DNA of 64,000 nucleotides from Myxococcota bacterium. GTDB lineage: Bacteria > Myxococcota > JACRCW01. The DNA lies in assembly GCA_040752415.1 (NCBI GenBank), contig JBFMGU010000002.1, positions 1 through 64,000 of the forward strand. Direction: 5' to 3'. The notes below the pieces were generated by a model. It ran no database searches. It was not told where the DNA came from and saw only the letters and a list, made by a program, of their open reading frames with translations. Below are positions 17,540 through 31,220 of this stretch, piece after piece. How positions within the stretch are numbered: the stretch's first letter is position 1; the number at the start of each line of letters is the position of its first letter. The position numbers and the translations under genes are program-made.

Positions 17540-20500
17540 TGCCGTCCGCCCGGAGCACTTCCATGGCAGGCAAGACCCCCTTCATCGCCGTGGCCCGGCC
17601 GGCACTGTTGGTCCTGGCGGCCCAGGCGTGCACCCAACCGCCCTGGCAGCCCCCGCCGGAGGAGGCGCCCCCGCCGGTGGAGGAGTCGCTGACGCTGGGC
17701 GGGGCCGCGCCAGGGGCGGCGTTGTCCCAGGGCGCGCACGACGTGGTGGTGGTGGTGGAGCGCGCCGTGCACAGCCGCCACGCAGACGTTGTTGCGCGCG
17801 CGCGCCTGGCCGCCGACGTGGTGGAGGCCCTGCGTCCGGTGGCGGCGGCGGCGTCCCTGTCCGGCGCGCCCATGCGGCTGGGCGTGGTGGCCTCGGGCAG
17901 CGGCGAGGGCGGCGTGGAATGGCTCATGCCGCTGACGCCCACCGGGCCGGAATGGAGCGTGGCGCAGGAGACGCTGCGGGCGCTGGAGCCGGAGGGGGAG
18001 GGCACGCTGAGCGGCGGCATGGAGCAGGCGCTGGCGGAGCTGCTGGGCCCGCGGGCCCGCGCGCGCGCGCTGCCCGTGATGGTGGTGGTGGCCAACGAGG
18101 TTGCGCGCGTGTCGACGTCGGTGGGGCGGCTGAGCGCGGAGGCCGGGGCCATCCTCCTGCACGTGGGTGGTGCGCCGCCGGAGGGCTGGGACCGCCTGGG
18201 CTCCCACGCGCACGTGCTGCGGCTGCCGGAAGGCGGCGACGCGCTGGCGCGCCTGGGTGACCTGCTGCTGTTGTCGCACGACCCGCTCACGGTGACCCTG
18301 CGCGGCCCGGAGGGCTGGACCCTGGGACTGCGGGCCTACGACGCGGACGGCAACGTGGTGGCGCGGAGCGACGGGCCGGGACCCCGGCTGGAGGCGACCG
18401 TGGACTGGTTCCCCGGCGTGGTGGCGCAGAACCTGGAGTTGCGCGGCGTGGGCACCACCCCGGAGGGGCGCGTGGTGGAGGTGACCCACCCGGTGCATGC
18501 CCTGCCGCAGCTCCGCCAGCCCGTGGTGGTCGAGGTTTCTCCCACGCTGGCCCAGCCGGGAGACCGGGTGCGGCTCCGTGGCCGGTTCTTCTCCCCGCGC
18601 CCCGGCGGAAACCGCGTCTTCATGGGCGTGGAGGTGGACGCCACCGCGCTCTCCAAGGGCGAGCTGGAGCTGGAGGTCCCACCCGAGGCCACCGACGAGG
18701 CCCTCACCGTCTTCTCCGACGGCCTCGCCGGCGACGCGGTGACGTTGCTGCGGGTGGACAACGACGGTGACGACATCCCGGACAACGACGAGCTGTTGGC
18801 GGGCACCGATCCGCGCCGCGCGGATAGCGACGGTGACGGCGTCCGCGACGACGCCGACGAGTGTCCGCTGGAGCTGCAGGGCGCGGGCAACGTGAACGAG
18901 CGCGGCTGCTCCCTGTGCACCGACGGCGAGCACAACGCGCCGAAGGAGACGGACGTGGACTGCGGTGGCGCCTGTCCGCCCTGCGCAGTGGGACTCGGGT
19001 GCAGCAACGACGCCGACTGCACCACCGGCATCTGCGTCGACGCGACGTGCCGCGAGCCCGCGTGCGACGACGGGCGTCTCAACGGCGCGGAGAGCAGCCT
19101 GGACTGCGGCGGCGGGTGTGAGCCCTGCGAGCCCGGCCGGGATTGCCGCGTGGGGAGCGACTGCGCCAGCGGCGTGTGCCAGGGCCAGCTGTGCGCCTTC
19201 CCCGGCTGCACCGACGGCATCCACAACGGCGACGAGACCGACCTGGACTGCGGTGGCCCCTGCGCCCCCTGCGCCGCCGGGCTGGCCTGCAACATCGGTC
19301 CGGACTGCGAGCACGGGACCTGCGTGGACCACGTGTGCGACGCGCCGCGCTGCAACGACGGCGTGCGCAACGGCCTGGAGACCGACGTGGATTGCGGGGA
19401 GAGCTGCGGGCCCTGCGCGCTGGGTCGGCGCTGCCTGGTGGCGGAGGACTGCGAGCTGGCGACGTGCCAGGCCGGTCAGTGCGTGCTCCCGGCCTGCGTC
19501 AACGGGGTGCTGGACAGCGGCGAGTCCGACGTGGACTGCGGCGGCGCGTGCGCTCCCTGCGACGACGGCGGGGCATGCGCTGCGGCCGGGGACTGTACCT
19601 CGCGGGTGTGCGCGGGAGGTTACTGCGCCACCGCGAGTTGCCAGGACGGCGTGGCCAACGGAGCGGAGACCGATCTGGACTGCGGCGGCCCGTGTCCCCG
19701 CTGTGGTGACGGGCTGGGGTGTGCGGCGGCCGACGATTGCGCCAGCCACGTGTGCGCCGAGGGTACCTGCGCCGCCCCCACCTGCGGCGACGGGGTGCGC
19801 AACGGCGACGAGACCGACGGGGATTGTGGCGGCGCTTGTCCAGCGTGTGCACCCGGCCGCGGCTGCGCGGTGGCGGCAGACTGCATCACCGGGTTCTGCG
19901 CCGCGCAGGTCTGCCTCCAGCCCACGTGCGTCGACGGCGCGCGTAACGGCGACGAGTCGGACGTGGATTGCGGCGGGAGCTGCCCGCCCTGTGCGCCGGG
20001 CCTGCGCTGCACCGTGCCCACCGACTGCCAGAGCGGCCTGTGCCCCACCGACGGACCCGACGCGCTCACCTGCGCCTCACCGGGATGTGCCGACGGCGTC
20101 CGCAACGGCGGGGAGGGCGACGTGGACTGTGGTGCGGTGTGCCTGGTCTGCGCGGATGGTCGCACCTGCCGCACCGGGGCGGACTGTGAGAGCCGCGTGT
20201 GCCTCATCTCGTCGGGGGAGGAGTGGGGCATCTGCCAGGCCCCGGCCTGCACCGACGGTGTACGAAACGGCGACGAGACCGACGTGGACTGCGGCGGCTC
20301 CTGCGGGGTGTGCGCGCTCGGGCAGACCTGTCGCGTGGATGCCGACTGCGAGCTGGACACCTGCCAGCAGGGTCTGTGCGTGCTGCCCCTGTGCGTGAAC
20401 GGGCTGCGTGACCTGCTGGAGGTCGACGTGGACTGCGGCGGGCCGTGCGCGCCCTGCGGGGACGGGGCCTACTGCTTCAACGGCGGGGATTGCCGCTCGT

Positions 20501-23500
20501 TCGTGTGTCGCGGGAGCCACTGCGCGGTGCCCACCTGCGGCGACGGCGTGCGCAACGGCGCGGAAGCGGACGTGGACTGCGGCGGTCCCTGCGGCGCGCC
20601 GTGCTCCGTGGGCTCGCGCTGCCGTGCGGACTCCGACTGCGACAGCGCCTCCTGCGGCGCCGACGGCTTCTGCGCCGCGCCCGCCTGCAACGACGGCCGG
20701 CGCAACGGCAGCGAGACCGCGGTGGACTGCGGCGGGGGCTGCCCGGGGTGCGCGCTGGGGCTCGCGTGCGTGGAGTGGTCCGACTGTGCCAGCGCGTTCT
20801 GTTCCGGCAACCGCTGCGTCACACCCCAGTGCGCCGACGGCGTGCGCAACGGCACCGAGACGGACACCGACTGCGGCGGCCCGTGCGCCCCGTGCGCGGA
20901 TGGCCTGCTGTGCACCGCGGGGAACGACTGCGCCAGCGGCGTGTGTCCCGACGTGGACCCCGGGGCGGGTCGCTGCGCCGCTCCCAGCTGCCTTGATGGC
21001 GTGCGCAACGGGGGCGAGTCCGACGTGGATTGCGGCGGGGACTGCGAGCCGTGCGTGGCCGGACAGGGCTGTCGCGCCGCCGCCGATTGCGTCAGCACGG
21101 TGTGCGTGGTGGTCCGGGGAGAGGGCACCTGCCGGGAGGCCGCCTGTGACGAGGGCGTGCACAACGGTGACGAGACGGACGTGGACTGCGGCGGAAGCTG
21201 CGGTGCCTGCGCTCCCGGGGCGCGCTGCCTCGGCGACACGGATTGCTCGAGCGGCCTCTGCGTGAGCACGCAGGATGGCCCACGCTGTGCCGCGCCGTCC
21301 TGCGACGACGGGGTGCGCAACGGCAGTGAGCCGGCCACCGACTGCGGAGCCAGCTGCTCCACGCGCTGCGCGGACACGGTGGCGTGTGGCATCCCCACGG
21401 ATTGCCAGAGCGGGGTGTGTTTCCAGAACCTCTGCGCCGTGCCCTCCTGCGCCGACAACGTCCGCAACGCCGACGAGTCCGACGTGGACTGCGGCGGCGG
21501 ATGCGCGGACTGCCCCGCCGGCAAGCGGTGCGGCAACGCCGGCGACTGCGCGAGCCGCGTCTGCGGGGGCGATGGGCTGTGCGCCGCGCCCACCTGTCAC
21601 GACGGGGTCCCCAACCAGGACGAGACCGACGTGGATTGTGGCGGCAGCTGCGCGCCCTGCCTGGATGGCCTGGCCTGCGTGGTTTCCGCCGACTGCGCCT
21701 CCGGTGTGTGCGCCGGCCTGGCCTGTGCCTACCCCACCTGTGACGACGGTGTGCGCAACGGCCTGGAGTCCGACGTGGATTGCGGCACGGGCTGCGGCGG
21801 CTGCCCGGTGGGCTCGCCATGCCAGGACGCGGCGGACTGCGGGAGCGGGCGCTGCCTGGCGGGGGCGTGCGTGGAGGACACCTGCGGCAACGGCGTGCGC
21901 GACGGCCACGAGGTCGACGTGGACTGCGGCGGCGCGTGTGAGCGCTGCGCAGCGGGACAGCAGTGCGGGCTCTCCGCCGACTGTGCCACCTCGTGGTGCC
22001 ACGCGGGCCGCTGTGAGCACGCGCCCTCCTGCAAGACGCTCATGTCTGCCTGGCCCCAGGCCCCGTCCGGCGTGTACCTGCTGCAGCCGCTCGGCGCGCC
22101 GGAGCCGCTCGCGGTGTCCTGCGACTTCGGCGTCGACGGCGGGGGCTGGACCTTGGTGGCCCACGCACGCGGCAGCGGCCTGACCGACGAGGCGGCGCCG
22201 TACTCGCCCGTGCTCGCCGACCCCACTGCACCGGGCAGCAGCACGGGCGTGTGGTCTGGCCTGCGCGAGCTGCTGGGGGACCGCAACACGGACGTGCGCT
22301 TCACCTGCCGGGTGCAGCCGGACCTGGTGGCGTACTCCGTCGACGTCACGGTGTACGGCGTGGATTGGTACCGCGGGATCACCGCCGGCACCGAGGCGGA
22401 GAGCTGCTTCAACGTGGTGGGCGTGACGGGCGGGGAGCCTCCGGGACGGCGCAACAACCTCACCGGCGCGGTCCGCTCGCCTGGCGACCCCTGGAACGAG
22501 AGCGGTCTGCCCGTGGGGGAACCGCAGTGCCAATCCCCTGGCAGCTTCACCGTCGACTTCGACGACCGGGGGCATGACAGCAACGAGCGCGACGGAACGG
22601 ACTGGGGTCTTGACGACGGATTCCTCAAGTGCGGGTCCGCCTACGCGCCGGCGGGGTCGTACCAGGTCTGGCTGCGTGACCCGGTGCACCCCTGTTTCAA
22701 CAACGTGCAGGACGGCACGGAGACCGGGGTGGATTGCGGCGGGACGTGCGCGGCCTGCCCGGTCCCCTGCGCCAGCGGGGAAGACTGCGGGAGCGGCGTG
22801 TGCGTCCAGGGCTTCTGCGCGGCGGCCCGGTGCGACGACGGCGTGCGCAACGCCGACGAGTCCGACGTGGATTGCGGCGGCGCGTGCGCGGCCGGTTGCG
22901 CCGTGGGCCAGCGCTGCCTGGACCCCGACGATTGCGCCGAGGGCACCTGCGAGGCGGGACGCTGCCGCGCCGCCAGCTGCTACGACCTCAGCCCCGGCCC
23001 GGGAGAGACCGACGTGGACTGTGGCGGCGGTTGTGCCCCGTGCGCCGCCGGCCGGGCCTGCGCGGTGGACGGGGACTGCACCTCCGGCTTCTGCAACGGC
23101 ACCTGCCTGGACGAGCCCTGCAGCGACGGGATCCGGGACTTCAGCGAGACGGACGTGGACTGCGGCGGCGACCGCTGCGATTCCTGCGTGGGCGGCCAGG
23201 CCTGCGTGAGCGCGGAGGACTGCGACTCCGGCGCCTGCGACGGCACCACCTGTCGCGTGCTGGCGTCGTGTTCAGACCTGCTGGACATCCCGGGCGTCCA
23301 CGCCAGCGGCGTCTACGTGCTGGGCTCCGGCGTGGCGGCGTACCGGGCGCGTTGCGACATGACCACCGACGGTGGTGGCTGGACCCTGGTGGCGGCGTCC
23401 CGGGGCGCCACGCTGCTGGACGCGGCCGGTTCGTACCACGGCGACCTGGCGCTGCTCCGGCCGCAGGGCTCGGTGCGCACGGTGTGGGACGCGCTGCGCG

Positions 23501-24066
23501 GCAGCGCCGGTGACCGCCACGACGTCCGCTTTGCCTGCCTCTCCGCGCCCAACCACGACGCCTACGACGTGGACCTCTCCTTCCATGGCACCGACTGGTA
23601 CCGCCGCATCACCGCGGGCAGCGACGCGCAGACGTGCTTCAACGAGTCCGACGGCATCAACATCTCCCTGCCCCCGCCCGCGCGGCGCAACAACCTGACC
23701 GGCACGTTCCTCCCGCGGGGGCGCGCCTGGAGCAGCGGGGAGCTGGAGGGCGAGGACGAGTGCAACGACGTGCTGGACTTCACCGTCGACTTCAACGACC
23801 GCGGCGTGGACGGCAACGACGCCGATGGCACCGACTGGGGCGAGGATGACGGCGTGGCCAAGTGCGGGCATCCCATCGAGGCGGGGGAGGGCACCTGGCT
23901 CATCTGGATGCGCGACCAGGCACCCACCTGCCGCGACGGCGTGAAGAACGGCGATGAGAGCGCGGTGGATTGTGGGGGCTCCTGTCGCCCCTGCGGCAGC
24001 GGGCTGGCTTGCGCCGCGCCCAGCGACTGCGCCTCCGGCGCCTGCGTGAGCCTGGTCTGCCAGTAG
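17539..24066 (+). CDS. Giant Cys-rich repeat protein (degenerate vWA, IPT/TIG, TSP3-like Ca repeats, 26 Cys-rich repeats, 2 fibrinogen-like domains), probable lipoprotein
   Basis: Start overlaps upstream stop (alternative starts 17536/17563); [12 protein letters not shown]-like [44 protein letters not shown]; [19 protein letters not shown] repeats; two SCxx[16 protein letters not shown] domains. Confidence 0.85.
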   Translation: MPSARSTSMAGKTPFIAVARPALLVLAAQACTQPPWQPPPEEAPPPVEESLTLGGAAPGAALSQGAHDVVVVVERAVHSRHADVVARARLAADVVEALRPVAAAASLSGAPMRLGVVASGSGEGGVEWLMPLTPTGPEWSVAQETLRALEPEGEGTLSGGMEQALAELLGPRARARALPVMVVVANEVARVSTSVGRLSAEAGAILLHVGGAPPEGWDRLGSHAHVLRLPEGGDALARLGDLLLLSHDPLTVTLRGPEGWTLGLRAYDADGNVVARSDGPGPRLEATVDWFPGVVAQNLELRGVGTTPEGRVVEVTHPVHALPQLRQPVVVEVSPTLAQPGDRVRLRGRFFSPRPGGNRVFMGVEVDATALSKGELELEVPPEATDEALTVFSDGLAGDAVTLLRVDNDGDDIPDNDELLAGTDPRRADSDGDGVRDDADECPLELQGAGNVNERGCSLCTDGEHNAPKETDVDCGGACPPCAVGLGCSNDADCTTGICVDATCREPACDDGRLNGAESSLDCGGGCEPCEPGRDCRVGSDCASGVCQGQLCAFPGCTDGIHNGDETDLDCGGPCAPCAAGLACNIGPDCEHGTCVDHVCDAPRCNDGVRNGLETDVDCGESCGPCALGRRCLVAEDCELATCQAGQCVLPACVNGVLDSGESDVDCGGACAPCDDGGACAAAGDCTSRVCAGGYCATASCQDGVANGAETDLDCGGPCPRCGDGLGCAAADDCASHVCAEGTCAAPTCGDGVRNGDETDGDCGGACPACAPGRGCAVAADCITGFCAAQVCLQPTCVDGARNGDESDVDCGGSCPPCAPGLRCTVPTDCQSGLCPTDGPDALTCASPGCADGVRNGGEGDVDCGAVCLVCADGRTCRTGADCESRVCLISSGEEWGICQAPACTDGVRNGDETDVDCGGSCGVCALGQTCRVDADCELDTCQQGLCVLPLCVNGLRDLLEVDVDCGGPCAPCGDGAYCFNGGDCRSFVCRGSHCAVPTCGDGVRNGAEADVDCGGPCGAPCSVGSRCRADSDCDSASCGADGFCAAPACNDGRRNGSETAVDCGGGCPGCALGLACVEWSDCASAFCSGNRCVTPQCADGVRNGTETDTDCGGPCAPCADGLLCTAGNDCASGVCPDVDPGAGRCAAPSCLDGVRNGGESDVDCGGDCEPCVAGQGCRAAADCVSTVCVVVRGEGTCREAACDEGVHNGDETDVDCGGSCGACAPGARCLGDTDCSSGLCVSTQDGPRCAAPSCDDGVRNGSEPATDCGASCSTRCADTVACGIPTDCQSGVCFQNLCAVPSCADNVRNADESDVDCGGGCADCPAGKRCGNAGDCASRVCGGDGLCAAPTCHDGVPNQDETDVDCGGSCAPCLDGLACVVSADCASGVCAGLACAYPTCDDGVRNGLESDVDCGTGCGGCPVGSPCQDAADCGSGRCLAGACVEDTCGNGVRDGHEVDVDCGGACERCAAGQQCGLSADCATSWCHAGRCEHAPSCKTLMSAWPQAPSGVYLLQPLGAPEPLAVSCDFGVDGGGWTLVAHARGSGLTDEAAPYSPVLADPTAPGSSTGVWSGLRELLGDRNTDVRFTCRVQPDLVAYSVDVTVYGVDWYRGITAGTEAESCFNVVGVTGGEPPGRRNNLTGAVRSPGDPWNESGLPVGEPQCQSPGSFTVDFDDRGHDSNERDGTDWGLDDGFLKCGSAYAPAGSYQVWLRDPVHPCFNNVQDGTETGVDCGGTCAACPVPCASGEDCGSGVCVQGFCAAARCDDGVRNADESDVDCGGACAAGCAVGQRCLDPDDCAEGTCEAGRCRAASCYDLSPGPGETDVDCGGGCAPCAAGRACAVDGDCTSGFCNGTCLDEPCSDGIRDFSETDVDCGGDRCDSCVGGQACVSAEDCDSGACDGTTCRVLASCSDLLDIPGVHASGVYVLGSGVAAYRARCDMTTDGGGWTLVAASRGATLLDAAGSYHGDLALLRPQGSVRTVWDALRGSAGDRHDVRFACLSAPNHDAYDVDLSFHGTDWYRRITAGSDAQTCFNESDGINISLPPPARRNNLTGTFLPRGRAWSSGELEGEDECNDVLDFTVDFNDRGVDGNDADGTDWGEDDGVAKCGHPIEAGEGTWLIWMRDQAPTCRDGVKNGDESAVDCGGSCRPCGSGLACAAPSDCASGACVSLVCQ
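18916..22020 (+). repeat. 21 tandem ~48-aa Cys-rich repeats (plus 4 at ~22693-23255 and 1 at ~23929-24063)
   Basis: Counted by hand from the translation; consensus CxDGVRNGxExDVDCGGxCxxCxxGxxCxxxxDCxSxxCxxxxC. Confidence 0.9.
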
Positions 24067-24158
24067 CGGCCACGCCTCCCGGTGAGCACGGAACAGCGGC
24101 GCCCGAGAGACACGCCGGCGGGTCGCGGAGCGCGCGTTGCGTGGCAGGGACGGCGGGT

Positions 24159-26840
24159 CTAGCGGCGCTGACGACGGCGCACCAACAGCGCGGCCAATCC
24201 CAGCAACGGCAGCGGACAGGGGCTCGACTGCGTGCAACCCGCGGACGCTGAGCTGTCGTCGCTGGGAGCGGAGCAGGTGACCTGGAGGTCATAGCTGTTG
24301 CCGCTGTAGGCGTCGGTGGTGACGCGGAAGTACAGGTCACCGCCCGACACATTGCTCTTGCGCGCAAAGGTGTGACCGTCCGCCGTGCTGGCCACGCCCA
24401 GCGAGTTGCCGCTGCCGTCCAACAGCTCCACCGCCAGCGTCTCCTCGCCGGAGAACTCCACCTTCAGCGTATCGCCCGCGTCCACCGTCAGCACAAACAC
24501 GTCGGCGTCGCGGGAGATGAACGCGCCCGCCGCACCGCAGGCAATGCGCGTGGCGCTGGGGAGGTCGTTGTTCGGCTCGGCGGTGTCGTCGTTACCGGGC
24601 GTGCCGGGGCCGGGGCCCGGGTCGGTGCCTTCCGTCTGACAGCCGATTTGCAGGGAGTAGCCGTACGTGGCGTTCTGTGACGCGCGGAGGCCCACGCCCA
24701 CCGTCCCGCCCGCCGTCACCGCGGTGGCGGTCCCGCTGCCATTGAGCGTCTGCGCCGTGGCCAAGGTGGAGACGTTCGCCGGGTCGTCGGTCAGGCGGAG
24801 GCCCAGGTCCGCGCCGCTGTCCGTGCTCACCGTGGCCGTGATCCGCGTGCCCGCGGGAGCAGTGAGCGAGAACCAGTCCTCGTCGCCCTGAGCCGCCACC
24901 AGGGTCAGCGTGGTGCCGCAGTCCACCGGGCGCGCGCTGCCAAAGTTGTCGTTCGGCTCCTGGTTGTCGTCGGAGGGGTTGGGGTCGGGGTTGGTGTTGC
25001 CAGCGTCGGGCGTGCCCGGATCAGGGTCCGGGTCGGGGTTGGTGTTGCCGGCGTCGGGCGCGGGGTCGGGATCCGGGTTGGCCGGCGGCTGGCAGGACAC
25101 CTGGAGGCGGTAGTTGCTCGTGGCCCCCTGGTAAGAGTTCACGCCGATGGCCAGCGCGCCGCCCGGTGCCGTCATCTCGATCTGCTCATTGCCCGTCGTC
25201 GTCTCACTGCGGTCCAGCACGCCCGCCTCACCAGAAGCGTTGCTGACGTAGAGGTCCAGGTCCTGCGCGTCGTCGGCGGAGTCCAGCACCACCTTCAGTG
25301 TCTGGCCCGCGGGCACCGACACGTTGAACCAGTCCATCTCGTTGGGCGCCATGAACAGCTGCAGGTCGGCGCCACAGGTGACGGGCTTGGACGTGTCAAA
25401 GCTGTCGTTCTCCTCGTAGGTGTCGTCGGTGGGGCCGGGGTCGGGATTGCCGGCGTCGGGCGTGCCGGGGTCCACCACCGTGCCGCCCATGGCATCCAGG
25501 ACCGCGTCCAGCTTCATGGCCTTCTTGCCCTGGCAGTTGGTGCAGTCCACGCCGTGCGTCTGCAGCAGCGTGACAATCTCCGTGCGCGTCAGCGCCGGGT
25601 TGAGCGACTGCATCAACGAGATGGCGCCGGTCACGTGCGGCGCGGCCATGGAGGTGCCCTCGTACCAGTTGTACGTGTCGGCGTCGGGCCCCACGGCGCT
25701 CAGCACACCCTGGCTCTGGCTGGACACCATGTTTCCGCCCGGCGCCACGATCTCCACGCTGTTGCCGAACGACGAGTACGAAGCCAGCGTGCGGTTCACG
25801 CCCGGCCCATGCGCCGCCACCGTGATGACGCCGGTGCAGTTGGCGGGGCTGCCCACCTCGCCGCCGTCGTTGCCCGCCGCCGCCACGAAGATGACGCCCT
25901 GGCTGTTGACGTAGTTCACCACCTGCTGCTCGTACTGGCTGCACGCGCCGGGGCCGCCCAGGCTCAGGTTCATCACGCTGACCTTGTTGGCGCCGATGGC
26001 CGGGACGCCGGAGACGTTGCCGCCGGCCAGCCAGTAGGACGCGTCGCCAATGTCGCTCAGCGCGCCGCCGCACCGACCCAACGCGCGCGCCGTCACCAGC
26101 TTGGCGTTCCAGTTCACGCCGGCAATGCCCTTGCCGTTGTTGGCGGAGGCCAGGATGGTGCCCGCCACGTGCGTGCCGTGGAAGCTGCTGTCCTGGTAGC
26201 CGCCGCCGCAATCCGCGCCGTCGCCGGGGTCATCCCAGTTGGAGTCGCGACCGTTTCCGTCGGCGGCCTGGCTGGGATCGTCGATGAAGTCGTAGCCGGC
26301 CAGGTCCTTGGCGCTGAGATCCTCGTGCGCGCGCACCGTGCCGGTGTCCACCACGCCAACGCGCTGGGAGGCGGTGCCTTGGGTGATGTCCCACGACGCC
26401 GTGGCGCCAATGGCATTGAGGTGCCACATCTGGCTGAAGCCGGGGTCATTGGGCGTGGCCAGGGGGCGGTACCAGCGGTCCTCCACCGCGCCTTCCACGG
26501 TGGCGTCGGCGCGCAGCACGGTGATGAGGCGCATGGTCTCCGCCTCGTCGACGATCTTCTGCGGCGCCAGCGCGTCGGCGACCTGGTAGAGGCCCCAGCC
26601 CAGCTGCAGCGGACGGACCGGCGTGATGCGCACGCCCACCCGCTTCTCCAGCTCCCGCAGTGCCGCCACGGCGGAGGCGCTCACCGCGAGCTGCTCGGGG
26701 TGGATGCCGCGAAGCTTGAGGATGGCGCGTCCCGGGACGTGGTGCGAAGGCGCGTTGAAGGTCACGTTGGTGGCAGCTGCCACGCTTACGCTCAAGCACG
26801 TCAGCAGGACGGACAGCACGGCACCGCTCATGCGCATCAT
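24159..26840 (-). CDS. S8 (subtilisin-like) serine peptidase with PPC-like domains and MYXO-CTERM-type sorting tail
   Basis: Catalytic motifs VGVVDTG, HGTHVAGTI, GTSMAAPHVTG; repeats starting DDTYEEND / DDNQEPND / DDTAEPNN; C-terminal AGC...LLGLAALLVRRRQRR; start moved to MMRMSG at 26840. Confidence 0.92.
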   Translation of the reverse strand: MMRMSGAVLSVLLTCLSVSVAAATNVTFNAPSHHVPGRAILKLRGIHPEQLAVSASAVAALRELEKRVGVRITPVRPLQLGWGLYQVADALAPQKIVDEAETMRLITVLRADATVEGAVEDRWYRPLATPNDPGFSQMWHLNAIGATASWDITQGTASQRVGVVDTGTVRAHEDLSAKDLAGYDFIDDPSQAADGNGRDSNWDDPGDGADCGGGYQDSSFHGTHVAGTILASANNGKGIAGVNWNAKLVTARALGRCGGALSDIGDASYWLAGGNVSGVPAIGANKVSVMNLSLGGPGACSQYEQQVVNYVNSQGVIFVAAAGNDGGEVGSPANCTGVITVAAHGPGVNRTLASYSSFGNSVEIVAPGGNMVSSQSQGVLSAVGPDADTYNWYEGTSMAAPHVTGAISLMQSLNPALTRTEIVTLLQTHGVDCTNCQGKKAMKLDAVLDAMGGTVVDPGTPDAGNPDPGPTDDTYEENDSFDTSKPVTCGADLQLFMAPNEMDWFNVSVPAGQTLKVVLDSADDAQDLDLYVSNASGEAGVLDRSETTTGNEQIEMTAPGGALAIGVNSYQGATSNYRLQVSCQPPANPDPDPAPDAGNTNPDPDPDPGTPDAGNTNPDPNPSDDNQEPNDNFGSARPVDCGTTLTLVAAQGDEDWFSLTAPAGTRITATVSTDSGADLGLRLTDDPANVSTLATAQTLNGSGTATAVTAGGTVGVGLRASQNATYGYSLQIGCQTEGTDPGPGPGTPGNDDTAEPNNDLPSATRIACGAAGAFISRDADVFVLTVDAGDTLKVEFSGEETLAVELLDGSGNSLGVASTADGHTFARKSNVSGGDLYFRVTTDAYSGNSYDLQVTCSAPSDDSSASAGCTQSSPCPLPLLGLAALLVRRRQRR

Positions 26841-27022
26841 GGAGATCGGTTCCCTGGGGCTGTGGGCTGGTGAGGGATCAGCGCCCACGATGCTGCCAGA
26901 GGTCGATCTCGCTCGGAATGTATTCAGGTTGCGTAGAAAGTCGGGGGGTTGGTCACACGACGGATGCGACAAGGTGGGATGCGGCATGACATGTTGGCCC
27001 CATCGCGTCGGAGAGAGGTGTC

Positions 27023-27664
27023 ATGGGCGGTCCTTCCATCCTGTACCTGCACGGTTTTGCCTCGGGTCCACAGTCCGCCAAGGCGTCGGCCACCGTGATG
27101 TGGGCTTCCGAACGGGGGATTCCCATCGAGGTGCCAGACCTCAACGGGGAAGGCTTCCAGACGCTCACCATCACGAGCCAGCTGAAGGTTGCGCGGGAGG
27201 CGCTGTCGCGTCTGCGTGCGCCGGTTGTCGTCGTGGGCTCGTCGCTGGGCGGGTGGATTGCGTCGCTGCTGGTGGAGGCGAAGGCTCCGTTGGCGGGCGC
27301 ACTGCTGATGGCTCCCGCGTTCGACTTCGGTCGTCGACTGTCGCGCGCACTGGGCGCGCAGGTGATGGAGCAGTGGCGTCGGGCGGGGCACATCAAGATC
27401 TACCACCACAGCGAGCGCGCGGAGCGTGACGTGGGCATTGCGCTCATCGACGACGCGCGCGGCTACAACCCGTTCCCGGACATGGATGTGCCCTGCACGA
27501 TTGTGCACGGCGTCCACGACCCGGACGTTCCCGTCGAGCTCAGTCGCCTCTACGTGAGGGACAACCTCAACGTGCGCCTGGTGGAGGTCGAGGACGACCA
27601 CACGCTGTTGCAGAGCATGCCGAGGGTGCTGGACGAGTTGGACGCGCTGATGAAGCGGCTGTGA
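27023..27664 (+). CDS. YqiA/YcfP-family alpha/beta-fold esterase
   Basis: LYLHGFASGPQS, GSSLGG nucleophile elbow, HGVHD..V, DDH. Confidence 0.88.
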   Translation: MGGPSILYLHGFASGPQSAKASATVMWASERGIPIEVPDLNGEGFQTLTITSQLKVAREALSRLRAPVVVVGSSLGGWIASLLVEAKAPLAGALLMAPAFDFGRRLSRALGAQVMEQWRRAGHIKIYHHSERAERDVGIALIDDARGYNPFPDMDVPCTIVHGVHDPDVPVELSRLYVRDNLNVRLVEVEDDHTLLQSMPRVLDELDALMKRL

Positions 27665-27669
27665 CGGGG

Positions 27670-27773
27670 AGAAGGAAGTCAGAAGTAGTCCCACCGCGGG
27701 CCAACACTGCTTGCGATGCCGACGCATCACCCCGTCCTTCTGACTTCTGTATTCTGACTTCTGACTTCCTTTT
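27670..27773. repeat. Heptamer-based (AGTCAGA/TCTGACT) inverted-repeat element, copy 1
   Basis: aaggaagtcagaagt ... ttctgacttctgtattctgacttctgacttcctt, between convergent genes. Confidence 0.85.
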
Positions 27774-27780
27774 CGCCCTC

Positions 27781-30678
<2,898 letters not shown>

Positions 30679-30739
30679 GCACCTCGGAAGGAGCGGAGGC
30701 TCACCCGACGGAGGGGGACCTGGCAACTGCCCGGGGCGC

Positions 30740-31207
30740 TCACTCGTCCTGCAGCCGCACCTTCTCGCCGGCTACCGCGGCGTCCTGCTCCAGGATCAAC
30801 ATCCGCACCCGTCCCGTGGCCACGGTGCGCTCCTGCTCATCCCGCACGGCGACCTCCCAGACGTGGCTCCGTCGACCGCGCGTCACCGGACGGGCCTCCG
30901 CGCGCAGCTTCCCCTCGCGCACGGCGCGGATGAAGCTGGTGTTGTTCTCCAGTCCCACCGCGCTGCGCCCATCCGGCATCACGTTCACCGCCGCGCCCAC
31001 CGACGCCAGCGTCTCGACGATGCCGCAGTACACCCCGCCGTGGACGATGCCGTAGGCCTGCCGGTGCTGCGGACCAATCTCCAGCTCCGCCACCACGACG
31101 TCCCGGGTGGCGCGCAGGAAACGCAGCCCGTTGGCCTTGACCCATCCGTCGCCGGCGGCGTTGATGATCTCCGCAAAGTCCTGGGGAATCTCGTGTTGTT
31201 GCGTCAT
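30740..31207 (-). CDS. PaaI-family thioesterase
   Basis: QAYGIVHGGVYCGIVET hot-dog-fold motif; start set at MTQQHE. Confidence 0.9.
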   Translation of the reverse strand: MTQQHEIPQDFAEIINAAGDGWVKANGLRFLRATRDVVVAELEIGPQHRQAYGIVHGGVYCGIVETLASVGAAVNVMPDGRSAVGLENNTSFIRAVREGKLRAEARPVTRGRRSHVWEVAVRDEQERTVATGRVRMLILEQDAAVAGEKVRLQDE

Positions 31208-31220
31208 GGGTGATGGACCT

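Noticed and set aside
2474..22689. Long minus-strand ORFs opposite the operon (e.g. 5720..8704, 14276..17353)
   Set aside because: Expected stop-poor antisense frames in high-GC coding DNA; no motifs.
18916..24063. Recurrent gacgtggactgcggcggc DNA motif resembling a CRISPR array
   Set aside because: In-frame coding repeats (DVDCGG) with ~144-nt period and synonymous variation; no cas genes.
24975..25085. Direct repeats encoding PDAGNTNPDP in the S8 protease
   Set aside because: Ordinary Pro/Asp linker duplication.
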